From: the human T2T-CHM13v2.0 reference genome, Homo sapiens
NCBI RefSeq assembly: GCF_009914755.1
Contig: NC_060933.1
Strand: one strand, 5' to 3'
Length of the DNA: 64,000 nt
Shown one piece after another: positions 14,980 to 31,424 of this stretch (the first letter of the stretch is position 1; the number at the start of each line of letters is the position of its first letter). Both the position numbers and the translations under genes were made by a program. A model generated the notes under the pieces. It made no database searches. It was not told the origin of the DNA and saw only the letters and a list, made by a program, of their open reading frames with translations.

Positions 14980-15270
14980 TGGGCACAGTAGCTCAGCCTA
15001 TAATCCCAGCACTTTGGGAGGCTGAGGCAGGCAGATAACTTGAGGCCAGGAATTCGAGAGCAGCCTGGGAAACATGGTAAAACCCCATCTCTACTAAAAA
15101 TATTAGCTGAGTGTGGTGGCATGCACCTGTACTCAGGAGGCTGAGGTGGGAGGCAAGAAAGGGCATTCCAAAAGGCACATGGGCCAGGACTTGCAGTGAG
15201 CCAACATCACGCACTGCCCTCCAGCCTGGATTATAGAACGAGACTGTGTCTCCAAAAAAAAAGAAAAAAG
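14980..15270 (+). mobile_element. Alu with a foreign 36-bp insert in the right arm
   Basis: Alu consensus interrupted at 15152-15187. Confidence 0.9.
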
Positions 15271-15414
15271 CTATTTTTTAAAATTATAATATGCACATTT
15301 GGCAAACATTTTATTTCTAGGCACTTTTGTGTGATGCTGGAGGACTACATATTGAAAAGACCTTTCTGGAAAGCAATTATGGAAGATGTACCAGGAGCCT
15401 TAAAAGAATTCACA

Positions 15415-15710
15415 GGCAGGGTGCAGTAGCTCATGCCTATAACTCCAGCACTTCGGAAGGTCGAGGGGGGTGAATCACTTGAGTCCAGGAGTTTGAGACC
15501 AGCCTGGGCAACATAGCAAGACCCCATCTCTACAAAAAATACCAAAAAAATTAGCTGGGTGTGGTGGTGCATGTCTATACTCCCGTCTACTAGGGAGACT
15601 GAGGTGAGAGGATCGCTTCCAGGAGGTCAAGGCTGCCATAGCGCCACTGCACTCCAGCCTGGGCGACAGGGCAAAACCCTGTATCAAAAAAAAAAAAGAA
15701 GAAGAAGAAG
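15415..15710 (+). mobile_element. AluJ
   Basis: GGAGGTCAAGGCTGC diagnostic; A/(GAA)n tail. Confidence 0.9.
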
Positions 15711-17114
15711 AATTCATGGTTTTTGATGTAGTAATTTCATATGTAGACATCTATCAAAGGTGTGATTTCAAAAAATGCAAAAGGATACTCATCTGTAAAA
15801 ATCAAATATATGGAAATGACTTAAGCATATAAAAATAAGAGTTAAATAAATTATAGTACATTCAGAGTTTGGAACGTCATATATTATTAAACACAACTTT
15901 ACCAAAGTCTGTTTAATAACGTGAGGGAAATGCTCACATTATAAATATTAAGAGAAACAAAAAAAAAAGATACAAAATGGAAATAGATAAGAATATACTA
16001 GTGAATAGTAAATAAAAGAAAGGAAAGAACACTAAAGCAATAACAGTGGTTATCTCTGGGTGATTTTCCCCCTCTATTCATTTCTCTACTTTCCACCATT
16101 TCTGCCATGAGTTCAGTGTTCCCTTTAAGAGCCATGGGCCTGGCATCAGTCTCCAGCAACCCTGTGCCTAGGAAGGCACTTGTCTGTAGATCACCATCAT
16201 TTTAAGCCTTAGGAAGGCAGTTTATAAATTGATTCCAACATGGATGTGATCCAGGAGGGGAATGCAATGTCAAAAAGCTGATCTCCAGCCTGTATTCCTC
16301 AAGCACATTTCTAGACTAAAAAGTTTAGGGTCAAGATTCAGTAATTAATCAATTGCTGAACCAATTAAAAAAAACTGAGAGAATTTTCACTTAATCATTG
16401 TTCTTTAAATTCAGTCTGTGACCTGGGAGAAGAATTGGTGCATATACTTTTTAATGGCTTTGGATTTTGAATTTACTTTTCCCTCCTTCATAGCACATTC
16501 CTCATACAATAGGAGAAGAACCCATGAACCCGGAAGTCTCTAGGGATTTATTTGAGGGTCACACACCCAGGGCTCTGTTTGACTTTCTCCACTGGGCTGC
16601 AGTGGCAGGTGAGTTAGGACACAGGAGGTGACTCAGCAGTTTGGGAATGAGAGTCACTGACTCATGTGAATTTGCTCCATGCTGAAACTCGATTGTTTTA
16701 GTGAACTAAAACATTAATGAGAGTTTACATTGCCAGAGCTCAGCACATCTAGGTGTGCGCACCTGGAGACCCCCAGCACTTCCTGAGCCCCCCTCTACGT
16801 AGCTATCTCCTCCTGCAGCCCCCTGAAGCCCTCTTGCAGGCTGTGTCCTGGAACGGTTTCACTTGGCTTTCGGGCTGCATGACCTTCTTCAGGTCTTTAC
16901 TGGCCTAAAATAGCCTCTGCAGCTGCTGCTTTCCAAGATGCCCAAAGGAGAAAAGAGACAACAATGGATCTTGTAGGAAAATGGCAAATATCTCTCAAAG
17001 TGTGGTCTGAGGACCATGTAATATGAGAATCACATGAGGACTTGCTAAAAAAATCATCCTCCTGTGTCCTACCCACCTACTTGGTACATTAGCAATCCAT
17101 AAGCAGAAAGTCTA

Positions 17115-17470
17115 GGCCGGGCACGGTGGCTCACGCCTGTAATCTCAGCACTTTGGGAGGCTGAGGTGGGCGAATCACTTGAGGTCAGGAGTTTGTGACC
17201 AACCTGGCCAACATGGTGAAACCCCGTCTCTACTAAAAATACAGAAATTAACCAGGCGTGGTGGCGCAGGCCTGTAATTCCAGCTACTCAAGAGGCTGAG
17301 GCAGGAGAATCACTCGAACCTGGGAAGCTGAGATTGCAGCGAGCTGTGATGACACCACTGCATTCCAGCCTGGGTGACAGAGTGAGACTTCGTCAAAAAA
17401 GAAAGAAAGAGAGAGAGAGAAGAGAGAACGGAAGGAAGGGAGGAAGGGAGGAAGGTTGGGAGGGAGGGAG
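17115..17470 (+). mobile_element. AluS with (GAAA)/(GGAA)/(GGAG) tail, inserted in a MER5-like MITE (~16985-17520)
   Basis: Alu consensus; TSD gaaagtcta/gagagtcta; MER5-like flanks on both sides. Confidence 0.85.
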
Positions 17471-18399
17471 AGTCTACTGCATCCAACTCTAGAGGTAGGA
17501 TCCTGTAATCTGTGATTCCTACATAAGCTAAAATGGTAAATCATGCCATAGCCAAGAGTTCACATGTCCAAGAAGGATGTAGGCCAACTGTGATGATCCT
17601 GGGCCAGATCACCCCTCCTGCAGCTTTATGAATGTCAGGTCTGCACTGCCATCTTCTCCCTCCCTACCCATGCCCACTGCCCCTCCCCGGCCCCCAGGGC
17701 CAGAAAGACTGCATAGCACCTTGCCACACCACATTGGAAAATAGGGATGCAAGAGGCAGTACGATGCCGCAGTTCAGAGCATGGGTGCTGCGCTGAAAGC
17801 ACTCCAGTATGTTCTTCTGTAACCTGCGGTGTATCCTCCAACGAATGACTTAATTTTGTTATGCCCGTTTCTTCATCTGAGAAGTGGGGTTAATAGGGTT
17901 GTCCTGAGGCCCTAGATCAGGAGACCTGTGCCAGCTGTTGCTATTATTCTGTGGTTGGAACCTTCATTTGCATGGCATTAAAACCTTCATTTGCATGGCA
18001 TTACAGAGGCCAATCACTCCTCTGCTCTGTAGTTGGCTAGGTGGATGAAAGGCAATAGAAAATGCTTAGCCAAGTTCTTTCATAGCAACCTAATTTAAAG
18101 TTGATGAAAGGCAACTTGTCACATGAGCCTGAGGCGAACTTGATTTATATTTTACTTAAAGGGCAACTTTTTAATTGTTAAGTGTTACTGTTCTGCTCTC
18201 CCTACCCGTAGGAATGTAACATTCATACCCTTGCAGGTATGTACCTCTTTATTAGTTCCTTCTTGTGAAAGGCGGTGTAAAAAAACCTGTTATCCTTTCT
18301 CATCTCAAGTCTTTAGTTCCCCTTGGTACATTAGCAATCCATAAGCAGAAAGCCAGAAGTACCAAGAATAGGTTCTCTATTTTTAAAAAATTATAAAAA

Positions 18400-19745
<1,346 letters not shown>

Positions 19746-21414
19746 ACAAACTTATTAATTGTATATTATTCACAGCTGACTGTAGCAAGTAGACTATAAA
19801 AAGAAGTCTTAATTCCAGAGACAAATGCCTCCCCAAGTTCACTTTCAGTAAGCCATTTGCTACTCTGTTGCTGTTATAAATTGTGATGATAATAAGTGCC
19901 TTGGATTTCAGTAGCCTCTTACTTCCAAGCAATTCAAAGTACTAAATCAGGATTTCTGATCTCCGTTTTTTAAAGAAAATCAATAAACAGATCTGTAGCA
20001 GAGATGCTGATTCTTTAGAAAAGGCTAAGGAAATCGCTTAATTCATAGCCTAAAGTTTTAAAAGCCTTTTCCCTCTCAGATTCCTTCATGATTCTAATAT
20101 CCTAGCCAGAGATAAGGCTAATCTTTAAGAAGCTCCACAAAGTTGTGAGCCCAAATTAAGAGATTCAGATACAAAAAGCCAAGTGACAAACAGACTTGTT
20201 ATTCAAAAGTGCTATTATGTCAGCAAGGTAATTGGGACTTATTTAGGGAACAGAAAAGAGCATTTACCAACCATTTCCTGACATGGGCAGATAAGGTGAT
20301 AGAATAAAACAGGTCAGGTTAAGGTTAGAAGGAGTGGTAAGGACTGGCGTGAACTAGAACCCTGGCTCCACCTAAATCAGTAACAGTAACCATAGCTCTG
20401 CGGAATTTGGGGCTCAGCACAGCCAAATCTGCTATTTTTTCAAGAAATGACAGAAACTCAGATATTTATGTGAAACCTTCTGCTCTGTTAATGTTGGAAA
20501 CAAATTTAAAAAGAGAAGAACATTTTGTGTGCCAAAGAAAATAGGTGTGTAAACTGGATTCCACCCACCGGCTGCCAGTTTGAAGCCTCTGAGCCCTCAC
20601 CTTTAAGCCCTCAAGGACATACTTGATTAAAGATAAAATATTTCCCTGAGTGGGGATCAGGTTATTCATGAGATTCTTATCTCCAGATTTGGGGGAAAGT
20701 TTATAGTGCTAGAATGTATCAGATGTAGCTAGCCAGTCAAGTCTCTTTCTTCTCTCCTTCTTAGTTGAGAGGTCAGTCTTGTCAAATGCCCCCCTCCCCG
20801 CTTCTAGCCACTGCTTTGTTTATTTTGCAGGAACAGTGAATAAGTAGCAGAACGCTTTCTGAAGTTTTTGCTGATGCAGAGCCGAGGATCTCTGCTACAA
20901 CAAATGTTCTGAAATGGAGTCTTCTCTCTCATCCCCATCCCCTACCACGGACAGTGTTGCACACACCGGGGTTGTAAAACTCAAAGGCAGAGTTACAGCC
21001 CTCCTGGATTTTAGACCAGGCCTGGGGATATGCAGCTGTATTTACTCTTCTTGTGTGTCCTGGGGGGAGGAAGGATGGGAAGAGCAGTGCATCCTGGAAC
21101 CGTGGCTATGGAAAATAACGAGCACTCCTCCACCCCCTGGCCAATACCGGCACAGACTTAATTTGAGGGGTAATGTTCTGTGAAGTATGATGGCATTTCC
21201 GGGAGAAGAATCTCAGTCAGACCTACAATCAAACATACATTTCCTTACCAGGGGTAAGGAAAAAAATCTTTCCTCTTAAAATTAGACACCCTGTCCTGGA
21301 AAACACTAACATCCTACATCCTGAGACTTCCTTCCTGCAGCCTTCCAGCTCTTTCTGCCCAGACTCAGATGTAAGTGGCCAAGTAGCCACAGGCTGCCTA
21401 GCAGAGAAGATTTT

Positions 21415-21727
21415 GTGTTTTTTTGTTTGTTTGTTCGTTTGTTTCAAGACAGAGTCTTGCTCTGTCACCCCAGACTATAGTGCAGTGATGCGATTTCAGT
21501 TCACTGCAACCTCTGTCTCCCAGGTTCAAGTGATTCTTGTGCCTCAGCCTTCTGAGTAGCTCTTATTATAGGCATGTACCACCATGCCTGGCTAAGTTTT
21601 GTATTTTTAGTAGAGATGGTGTTTTGCCATGTTTCCAGGCTGGTCTCAAACCCCTAGGCTCAAGTGATCCACCCTCCTTGGCCTCCCAAAGTGCTGGGAT
21701 TACAGGCGTGAGCCACCACGCCTGGCC
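21415..21727 (-). mobile_element. AluS
   Basis: 15-bp TSD ctagcagagaagatt. Confidence 0.92.
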
Positions 21728-23469
21728 CTAGCAGAGAAGATTACAGTCAATCTTTGTGAGAACTAAAGAGAAACTTCTGCCGTCACCTTTGCGGAGAACT
21801 GTCAAGGAGCCGCTTGGTCAGAAGAGCAGGAACTCCTCTGGAAGAAGCCTGGGCATACCTCCTGCACCCCTCCTCATCCCCTTTTTGTTTATATATGGGT
21901 GGATTTTTCAACTTTATCAGCCTTGCAGGAAACCATAAATATATTTCCAGTTGACAGTCAAGTTTTCTGGTTGTGAAACTCAGGTCTTCTAAAGTCACCA
22001 TCTGCTACAGAAACAAAAGTCAACAAATACCACATTCTTCCCAACTGGTCTACCAAAAATTATGGCTGCTTTGAGCATGTCAGCCTTGTGGTTTTCTTCA
22101 GAGGGCAGGATGTGTCCTGGCCCCTCTGGTAGTTTAGCTTGGTTTCCTGCCAAAGCGAACAGGGGAAAATGTCCCCCCACCCCCGCCAGCTCTTCCTTGG
22201 GGCAGTATAGGGCCTTTGAAACTTAAACTTGCATTTGTCGAGCCTAAAACTTGAATCACCGTGTTTTGTTTTTGTTTCCATTGGGAAACTTTCAGTGTTT
22301 TTTTTTTTGTTGTGGTGGTGGTGGTTTAATTTTTTTATAAATCATTGTTTCTTCTTAAAGTTTTAATGCCCCTGACCTGTGACTCTGAGAGGATTTGACA
22401 AATTATCTGTGCTCTTAAAAGGAAGTTTCTTGTCAGGTGTTTTTGCTTGTGCCTATAATCCCAGCTACTTGGGAGGCCAAGGCGGGAGGATCACTTGAAA
22501 CCAGGAGTTCAAGACCAGCCTGGGCAACATAGCAAGACCCCATTTCAAAATAATAATAATATTAAAAGTAACTTTCTTAAAGTTTGAGGGAGTGGGGAGG
22601 AGGATGAAGAGAGAGAGAGAATAACTTATTCAAGTTATCTTCTCTTTTTCTTTCACAAAACTAACTCCTGATTGATTGATTGATTGATCGATCGACAGAT
22701 TATCTGGAGTTCTTCCAGCCTGTGGATTAACTGCACTCCACCTCATCACTCCCTTCCATTTGCTACCAGTGTCTTTTGTTATTTCTGCCACAGATTCTCT
22801 AGTGAAGAAAAGAAACCACTCAAATTGGTTCTCCTTGATCACACCAAAGAGAGGTTGTAGGGTGCCCTCTTAGAGCAGACAGTGGAGTCAACTCTTGCCT
22901 CAGGAGAGCACGCCTTGCTAAGGGCTCTTTGGGTATTTTTGTGAGGAGACTGAGGAGAACTCAGTAGGCCTGAGGAGTATTTTTGAGGCCACAGAACCAT
23001 GGACAGGTGTAAGGGGAAGTTCCAGGAGGGAGGCAATTAGTGTAACTGTTGTTCAGGCCCTCGGAGTGTTTGGGTCAGGGAGAAGGGCAGAGAAGAAGCC
23101 ACTTTGGAGTGTCAGGCAGGCCTGGATGGGCAAATGTGGCCAGTCAGTGCTTCTTGAACTTGTTTGTGCTTAGGTGCTACCTGGGGATCTGGGTCTGGAG
23201 AGGTTGGGTGGGGTGGATTCTGCACCCCTAACACAGCCCCTGCTCATGTTCATGCTGTGCTTTACCTCACTAGGTAACCACACTTTGTGAAGCAAGATGG
23301 TAAATATTCTGGGAGCTAGGGACAGCTTAAAGGTAAGCCCAGAGGCAAGGCCAGGGACAGCAAGCAAAAGCAGCCTGCATCCATGTCACTATTAAGGCAC
23401 CAGATGGACAGTCTTACTGGAAGCCTGCCAAAAGTAGAGCAAGACCCCTCCCCCGCCACCCACCCAGTG

Positions 23470-23670
23470 GCCCACAGATCTGGGCTCAAATCCTAGCTCT
23501 GCTACTAATTTGCTGTGTGACCTTAAGGAAGTCATTTCATCCCTCTGAGGCTGTTTCCTCATCTGTAAAAACAGAGATATTAAAACCTCCCTTGGCCATT
23601 TCACAGGGTTACCCTGAAAATTAAATGATATAAGTATGGGGAAGCTGTTTGTAGCTGCCAAAGTACTTTG
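23470..23670 (+). mobile_element. MIR
   Basis: GGGCTCAAATCCTAGCTCTGCTACTAATTTGCTGTGTGACCTT...TTTCCTCATCTGTAAAA. Confidence 0.8.
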
Positions 23671-24439
23671 CAATGTAACCTGTGATTATGTCAGATAGAT
23701 TCCTCTTGGGAACCTTGCATGGTTTCACTCATGTATGTGTGATTATCACATCTAACTACATTTCCCAAAGGATTGGGCAAGCACTTACTCCCGTGGGTGT
23801 GAAGGGGAAGAGTTCATATTTATTTCATCATGCTTCAAAGCCTTTGCAACTGGTCCATAGCTCAGGTACTTTGCTATCCCTGTGGTTCAACATTAATCAC
23901 CTGTTTTATGGGGTGGTTATTCCTTTCTGAAAGGATGGAGGACTTGTTTGTGTTTATGGACATTTCCCCGTTCTATTTGAGTTATATCACATTCCGCTTT
24001 GACCCAAGCAGAATAGTTGATTTTCCTGTTCAGCATGGAACTGGACGCCCTTTAATTAGGAAACTCTGAATGGGTATGCTGCAGAGATTTATGGCAAACA
24101 GAGACCATTTCCTTCAGGTTTCCCACAGGGGTGCGATGGCCTCCCCCAACCAGATTCAGCATATTCTCTCCTGCATCCTCTCAGCACCAATGCTCAGCAG
24201 CCCATAGGCAGCCCTCAGCTACAAAGAATGCCCAGGGGATGGAGGGAAGAGACGCCAGTAAATTGAATTTGCTGTTTAACTCACTGTTAGATCTAGAAAA
24301 TATGGGCTTTGTTTTTTTCAATTCTTACAATTACTCAATGTGTTTTGAAGATTAGAATTTTGCATCTATGTTATCAACCCAAATATCATCACTGATTGTG
24401 ATGCTCAATGTGGATGACTATAAACAGGCCCAGCCTCAT

Positions 24440-25082
<643 letters not shown>

Positions 25083-25233
25083 TCAAAAAAATCAGAACAA
25101 AACAAACCCCGTAAGATGGGTTTATTATTATCCTGGTTTTATCAATGGAAAACTGAGGCTTAGAGAAAGGATATCATTTACTGAAGGTCATACAGACACT
25201 AAATGGCTGAGGTGGGATCTGAAGATGAGTCTG

Positions 25234-25668
25234 TGTGGTAGGCAGAAAAACAGCCCCCTCAAGATGTCCACATCCTAATCCACAAGACCTTTGAACGTAT
25301 TCCTTTACTTGGCAAAGGGACTTTCAAATGTGATTAACTTAAGGACCTTGAGATGGGGAGATTATCCCAGTTATCTGGGTGGGCCTGATGTAAACACATG
25401 GATCTTTATGAAGGAAAGCGGGAAGTAGGAGAGTAAGAGAAGGAGACAAGATAATGGAGGAGGTCGGAGTGGCCACGAGATGCAGACAGCCTCCTGCAGC
25501 TGGAAAAAGCAGGGACGTGGATCTGCGCCTAGAACCCTCAGAACAAACACAGCTCTGCCGAGCCATTTCAGACTTCCAAACTCCAGAACTGTCAGATAAT
25601 ACATTCGTATTGTTCTAGGTCCCTAAGTTTGCAACAATTTCTTAGAGCAGCCATAGGAAGCTAATACA
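25234..25668 (+). mobile_element. MLT1 (MLT1D-like) MaLR LTR
   Basis: TGTGGTAGGCAGAA...AAGATGTCCACATCCTAATCC...GCAGCCATAGGAAGCTAATACA. Confidence 0.85.
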
Positions 25669-26149
25669 CATCCAGATACAAGGAGTGGCAGAAAGAAAAG
25701 AAGTCTCAGTGGTTTTGTCAATAATTCATTTACAGGTCATGGCTAGCCATTTCTGGTTTTCTACAAGGATTTAGGGAACTAATTATTTTTTAATGTTCAG
25801 AGCTTGAATGCTTACCACTGAGTTAAATGACCTCTCTCTACCTCCACCCTGAAAAAATGCCTCTTGTTTGAAGGTTGTTTGTAGCTAGAATTTGGGTTTC
25901 ATAGGGACTGCAACATAGAGACTGCAAAGTTTATTTGTGCTGGAAATTATTAGTGAGGCTAGTTGAATATCACCTTTCTAAAAGAGTGAGTGGGTGAGGA
26001 CTGGTTCACAGGGGTGTTGGTTTGAGTGCAGGTGGCTACTTGAAAGAGGAGGGACCTATGTGGCTTACTATGGTTAGATGGGGGTTCTGACCTAGCTGAG
26101 GAAACCAAGTGGAGAAGCCACTTTGTACTTTAGTTTTACAGTTAGTTTG

Positions 26150-26472
<323 letters not shown>

Positions 26473-27173
26473 AGTTAGTTTGATTTTTACAGCCTGTAGG
26501 GGAGAGAAGGGATCCTACAGATACTAATCTAGCACCTTCATTTTACAGATGAGCAACCTGGTCCGGGGGAGGAGAACTGACTTAGCCAAAGCAGACAGGG
26601 GGTCCTGGCCAGGACTAGAGCCCGAACCCAACCCCAGCTCCTTGCTATGCCCACTTCCTTCATCTCTCTTCCCACACCACTTGGTGTGGTTCTGTGTACA
26701 CTAATTGGACATTTCCCATAAACAAAGTCATGGTTTGGTCACTGTTCAGAAGGTGGTATTTGTAGACTCAGATCACCAAGTGATATCCTCACTTCAATAA
26801 GTTGTCCTGTGATTCTTGGTTAATAAAACCCATGCTGTTATAACAAGTTTATTTCAGAGCCACATGTGTTATTAAAATAAATTACTCTGTTCTAGCACAC
26901 TTTTGGCATGTTTGGTTCTTATAGAAGAGCCTGTGCTAGCAGTGGTAAGTTTAGCTACCTACCAGTTGGATCACATATAAATCTACCCAAATCTTGACAC
27001 AAGACAGTAAAATCTAGGCCAAAGGGCACTCTTCCACCCATGCCCCAAACTCACACATGCCTTATTGCTCTTAGCAAGCAGACTCGAAATTAATGAACAC
27101 AGAATCATATCCATGGTGGGATTGTGGATTTCAATCCTGGCCTTGCAGTGTAGGCACCACAGGTTATTTCTTA

Positions 27174-27935
<762 letters not shown>

Positions 27936-29404
27936 TGAACAGTGGTACCAAATGCTATACCTGAAAGGGCAGCCACCCTGTAATTCCACCCTAGCCTTCT
28001 GGCCATGTCCTAGCTTGCAAGCTCTGAGGAGGTAGGGCAGGACTCTGAAGAATAGAGAATGAATGAGGAACAAGGTTGCATCCTTTGAAAACTCCAGAGC
28101 TTTGATCAGTTACCTCACCCTCAATTCAATCCCCCATCCAGGAACTGCCCATGCCCTGACATCCTCCCTTGACTTATTCCCAAAGATCTCACACTGTGTT
28201 CCCTCTTTTAGACCCTTCAGAACAAAATCTGAAGATGTTAGCCCTTTTAGGCCCAACATCTCTATGCTGTGCTGGTATCAAGCAAAGCCTCCAAGATGTT
28301 TCCAATTTGTGAACATAGTGCATCTTGTAATTGATTTGTTCTTCTCTTTTCTCTATCTACTAGGAAGCTCAGAGCCAAATCTGAGGCACACCTTTAGCAG
28401 TCATACAGCACCTTATGGCATACATTTGCTATACCTTATTTTCCTGTCATAGCTTTTCTTTCATTTGTTTCTGTTTACCTATTTTTTACAGAGAAATGTC
28501 CTTTTTTGATTTATTCTGACATGCTATAAATGAATTAATTACACTATTTAAAGACTTTTCATCAATACATTTCTCTTTCTCTTGGGTCAGACAGAGAAAA
28601 AGAAAATAGCATGCAAGAAAGATGGAGAGAAGAAACACATGCACACAGATAATATATAGAAGTGGGACGAGGCGAGGGAGGGTTCGTGATCATATCAGCC
28701 TTACACAGGGTGGTGCTCTCCAAGGGGCAAGAGTCAACCTGCTTATTATAACCATTTCACAAGGATCTTAAAGGAACTTCCTTCTATGGTCAAACCCTTT
28801 TGTTCTTACTCAGAATCAGTCTAGCTGTTAAGTCTGTGGCAGCTGGAGCTACAAAACCAAGGCCTGAAAGTTGCAAAACTAGGTACTGTGACTGTGAGTC
28901 ACCTTTCCCCTTCACACACATACACCCCACAAAATTGATTTTAACACACATAAAAATTGAGAAAACACTATAATACTAAATCTAAGATGATTTACAAAGG
29001 AATATTACTTAACGAATGGCTTGAAGTAGTTTTTTAAAAGCTTGGAGAGATTTTGATTTCATAATGAGTCAACAAGTCATTTTTTCTGCCATTAAAAAAT
29101 CTCATTTCTTAATAAAAACACTTAGTTTTTCATGACCTTATAAATAAAAAAGCTCCCATTTCAAAGTAAAAATGAAATCTAAGATTATATAGACGTTTAT
29201 GTCATTACTTTTATCTAAGCAACATACATACATGCTCAAGTAAAGCAAAAGGTTAAGTAAATTTCTGCAATAAATAGGCTGCTTTTGAAATGCAAAGAAC
29301 ATTATAAAGAATGCAGAATCTTAAGGGTAATCAAGCAGTCATTAAGTTTTTCTTAAGTATTCACTTTAGATGTTGTTATTTCTGGCACAGGTAAGCAGCA
29401 GAGT

Positions 29405-29710
<306 letters not shown>

Positions 29711-30054
29711 AGCAGCAGAATTTTTTATGCGCTCAAATACTGGAATCTTTGGTTACTGCCATATCAGCAAAGAAGCCAACCATTTTAAGAATGTTTTATG
29801 AGAATGTTCATTAAAAAAAAAAAAAAAGAATGTTTTAAGTGAACACCTTGCAAATCCTAAGGATAGCTATCTATTTTTTTAACCTTGTATGTATTTTAAT
29901 AAGCTGCCTCAAACATGCTTTTTGAAATCAGGGAAGATATAGAAAAATTAATAACAGCAACTGATAGGATTCAATTCATCACACTGAAACATGTTTTTGT
30001 AAATGAGATAAAAATCCTTTCCTGACTACAGGGTCATCTCACCTGTTAGTTCTT

Positions 30055-30537
30055 TTCACTACAGGGGAGAAAACAAACAAACCAGCAAAAACCTTTTCCT
30101 CTGCCCTCTTAGGTTCAGTGTCTGGGGCCTGAGAATTAAACTGGCAAAAGACAGATTAACAGGGGAAAAAGCATCTATTTTATGGACAAAGGAAACGGGT
30201 TTGGGCTTCTGGGGGTGAAAAATTGTAGGAAAGTGACTAGGAAGTATACAGGGAAAGTAATGGAAAGCAAGGGTTGCTTTAGTAAGGTGTCTTTATGCCA
30301 ACTCATCTCAGTGCCAGTTTTCTGTCTCTAGTGATAGGTTACTTTCTTCATTCTGATACAGGAGAAGGGTGGAAATTTATGCCACCTTCACAAAGGGAAA
30401 TTTATGTCCTGCTTCTAGGCAGAAAAGGAAAGGGCAGAGAGCTCTTCTTACAACTGCTATTTCTCCATTGCTTTCAGCCCAAAATAATCATATGCCAAGG
30501 TGGCATACTTTGGGGTGGTATAACCTGATCCCCTTCA
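30055..30537 (-). mobile_element. ERV1 solo LTR, MER34-like
   Basis: Minus strand starts TGAAGGGGATCAGGTTATACCACCCCAAAGTATGCCACCTTGGCATATGATTATTTTGGGCTGAAAGCAA; similar to the LTR at 5382. Confidence 0.7.
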
Positions 30538-30847
30538 CCATGTCACTTAAATTCTCTCTTGTCCTGTTGCTGTGCTCAGAGATGCCCTGGGGTTTCAGTG
30601 TTGATCTCCCAGAAGAGCCATACATATCCTGTAAGAAACTATGCTCTGTTGGTTAAGAAACAGCCACCTAGATAAAGTTCAAAGAATTCTGCACTCCAGA
30701 TTGTGTATGTTCCTAAATGTGGTTTGGCCTGGAGAAACAAGGACCAGGAAATCATGGAAAGCCAGGCAGATGGGAGTTAGAGAGCCTGGCAAGGGTCCTA
30801 AACAAGTGCTCCGTGCCTACCCTCCCACTACCCCCTGCCCATCTCTC

Positions 30848-31037
30848 CAGGAAGTGGTACTCAAACTCGAGCATGTGTTAGAATCACCCAGAAGGCTTAT
30901 GAAAACAGATCCCAGGTCTTTGCCCACAGAATTTCAGATTTAGTAGATCTAGAATGCCCAGTAATTTGCAATTCTAACACGCTCTCTAGATGTAGCCTTG
31001 CTTCTGGTCAGAGACACCCTGAGTAGCACTGCTCTAG
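30848..31037. mobile_element. MER5A-like MITE
   Basis: AGTGGTACTCAAACTCGAGCATGTGTTAGAATCACC...GAGTAGCACTG. Confidence 0.75.
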
Positions 31038-31424
31038 GGTGGTGAGACTCTCTGTCTTCCAGACAGGCTTTAAACTGACAAAAGACAGATGAACAGAGGA
31101 AAAGGCATTCATTTTATGGATGTTAATATTTTTACATAAATGGGGGCTTCACAGAAAAGAAGTGAAGAGCCAAAGAAGCAGTTAGACCTGGAGCTTATAT
31201 ATCATTTTAACAAAGGGGGATAAATTGTGGCCAGGTGATTAGATAAAAGAAAGGGGTTTGGGCTCCCCACTCTTTCTCCAGTGGGGAGAAAGAAGCTGCT
31301 GTGGGTGAAGTTTTACTGGGGATCTGGAGGAGGAGAAGGGGCCATGCTCATATCTGTATCTAGGTGCTAGAAAGAGAACAGCTGAGATTTTCCATAAACT
31401 GTCAGTACTAGTCAGGCTGAATCA

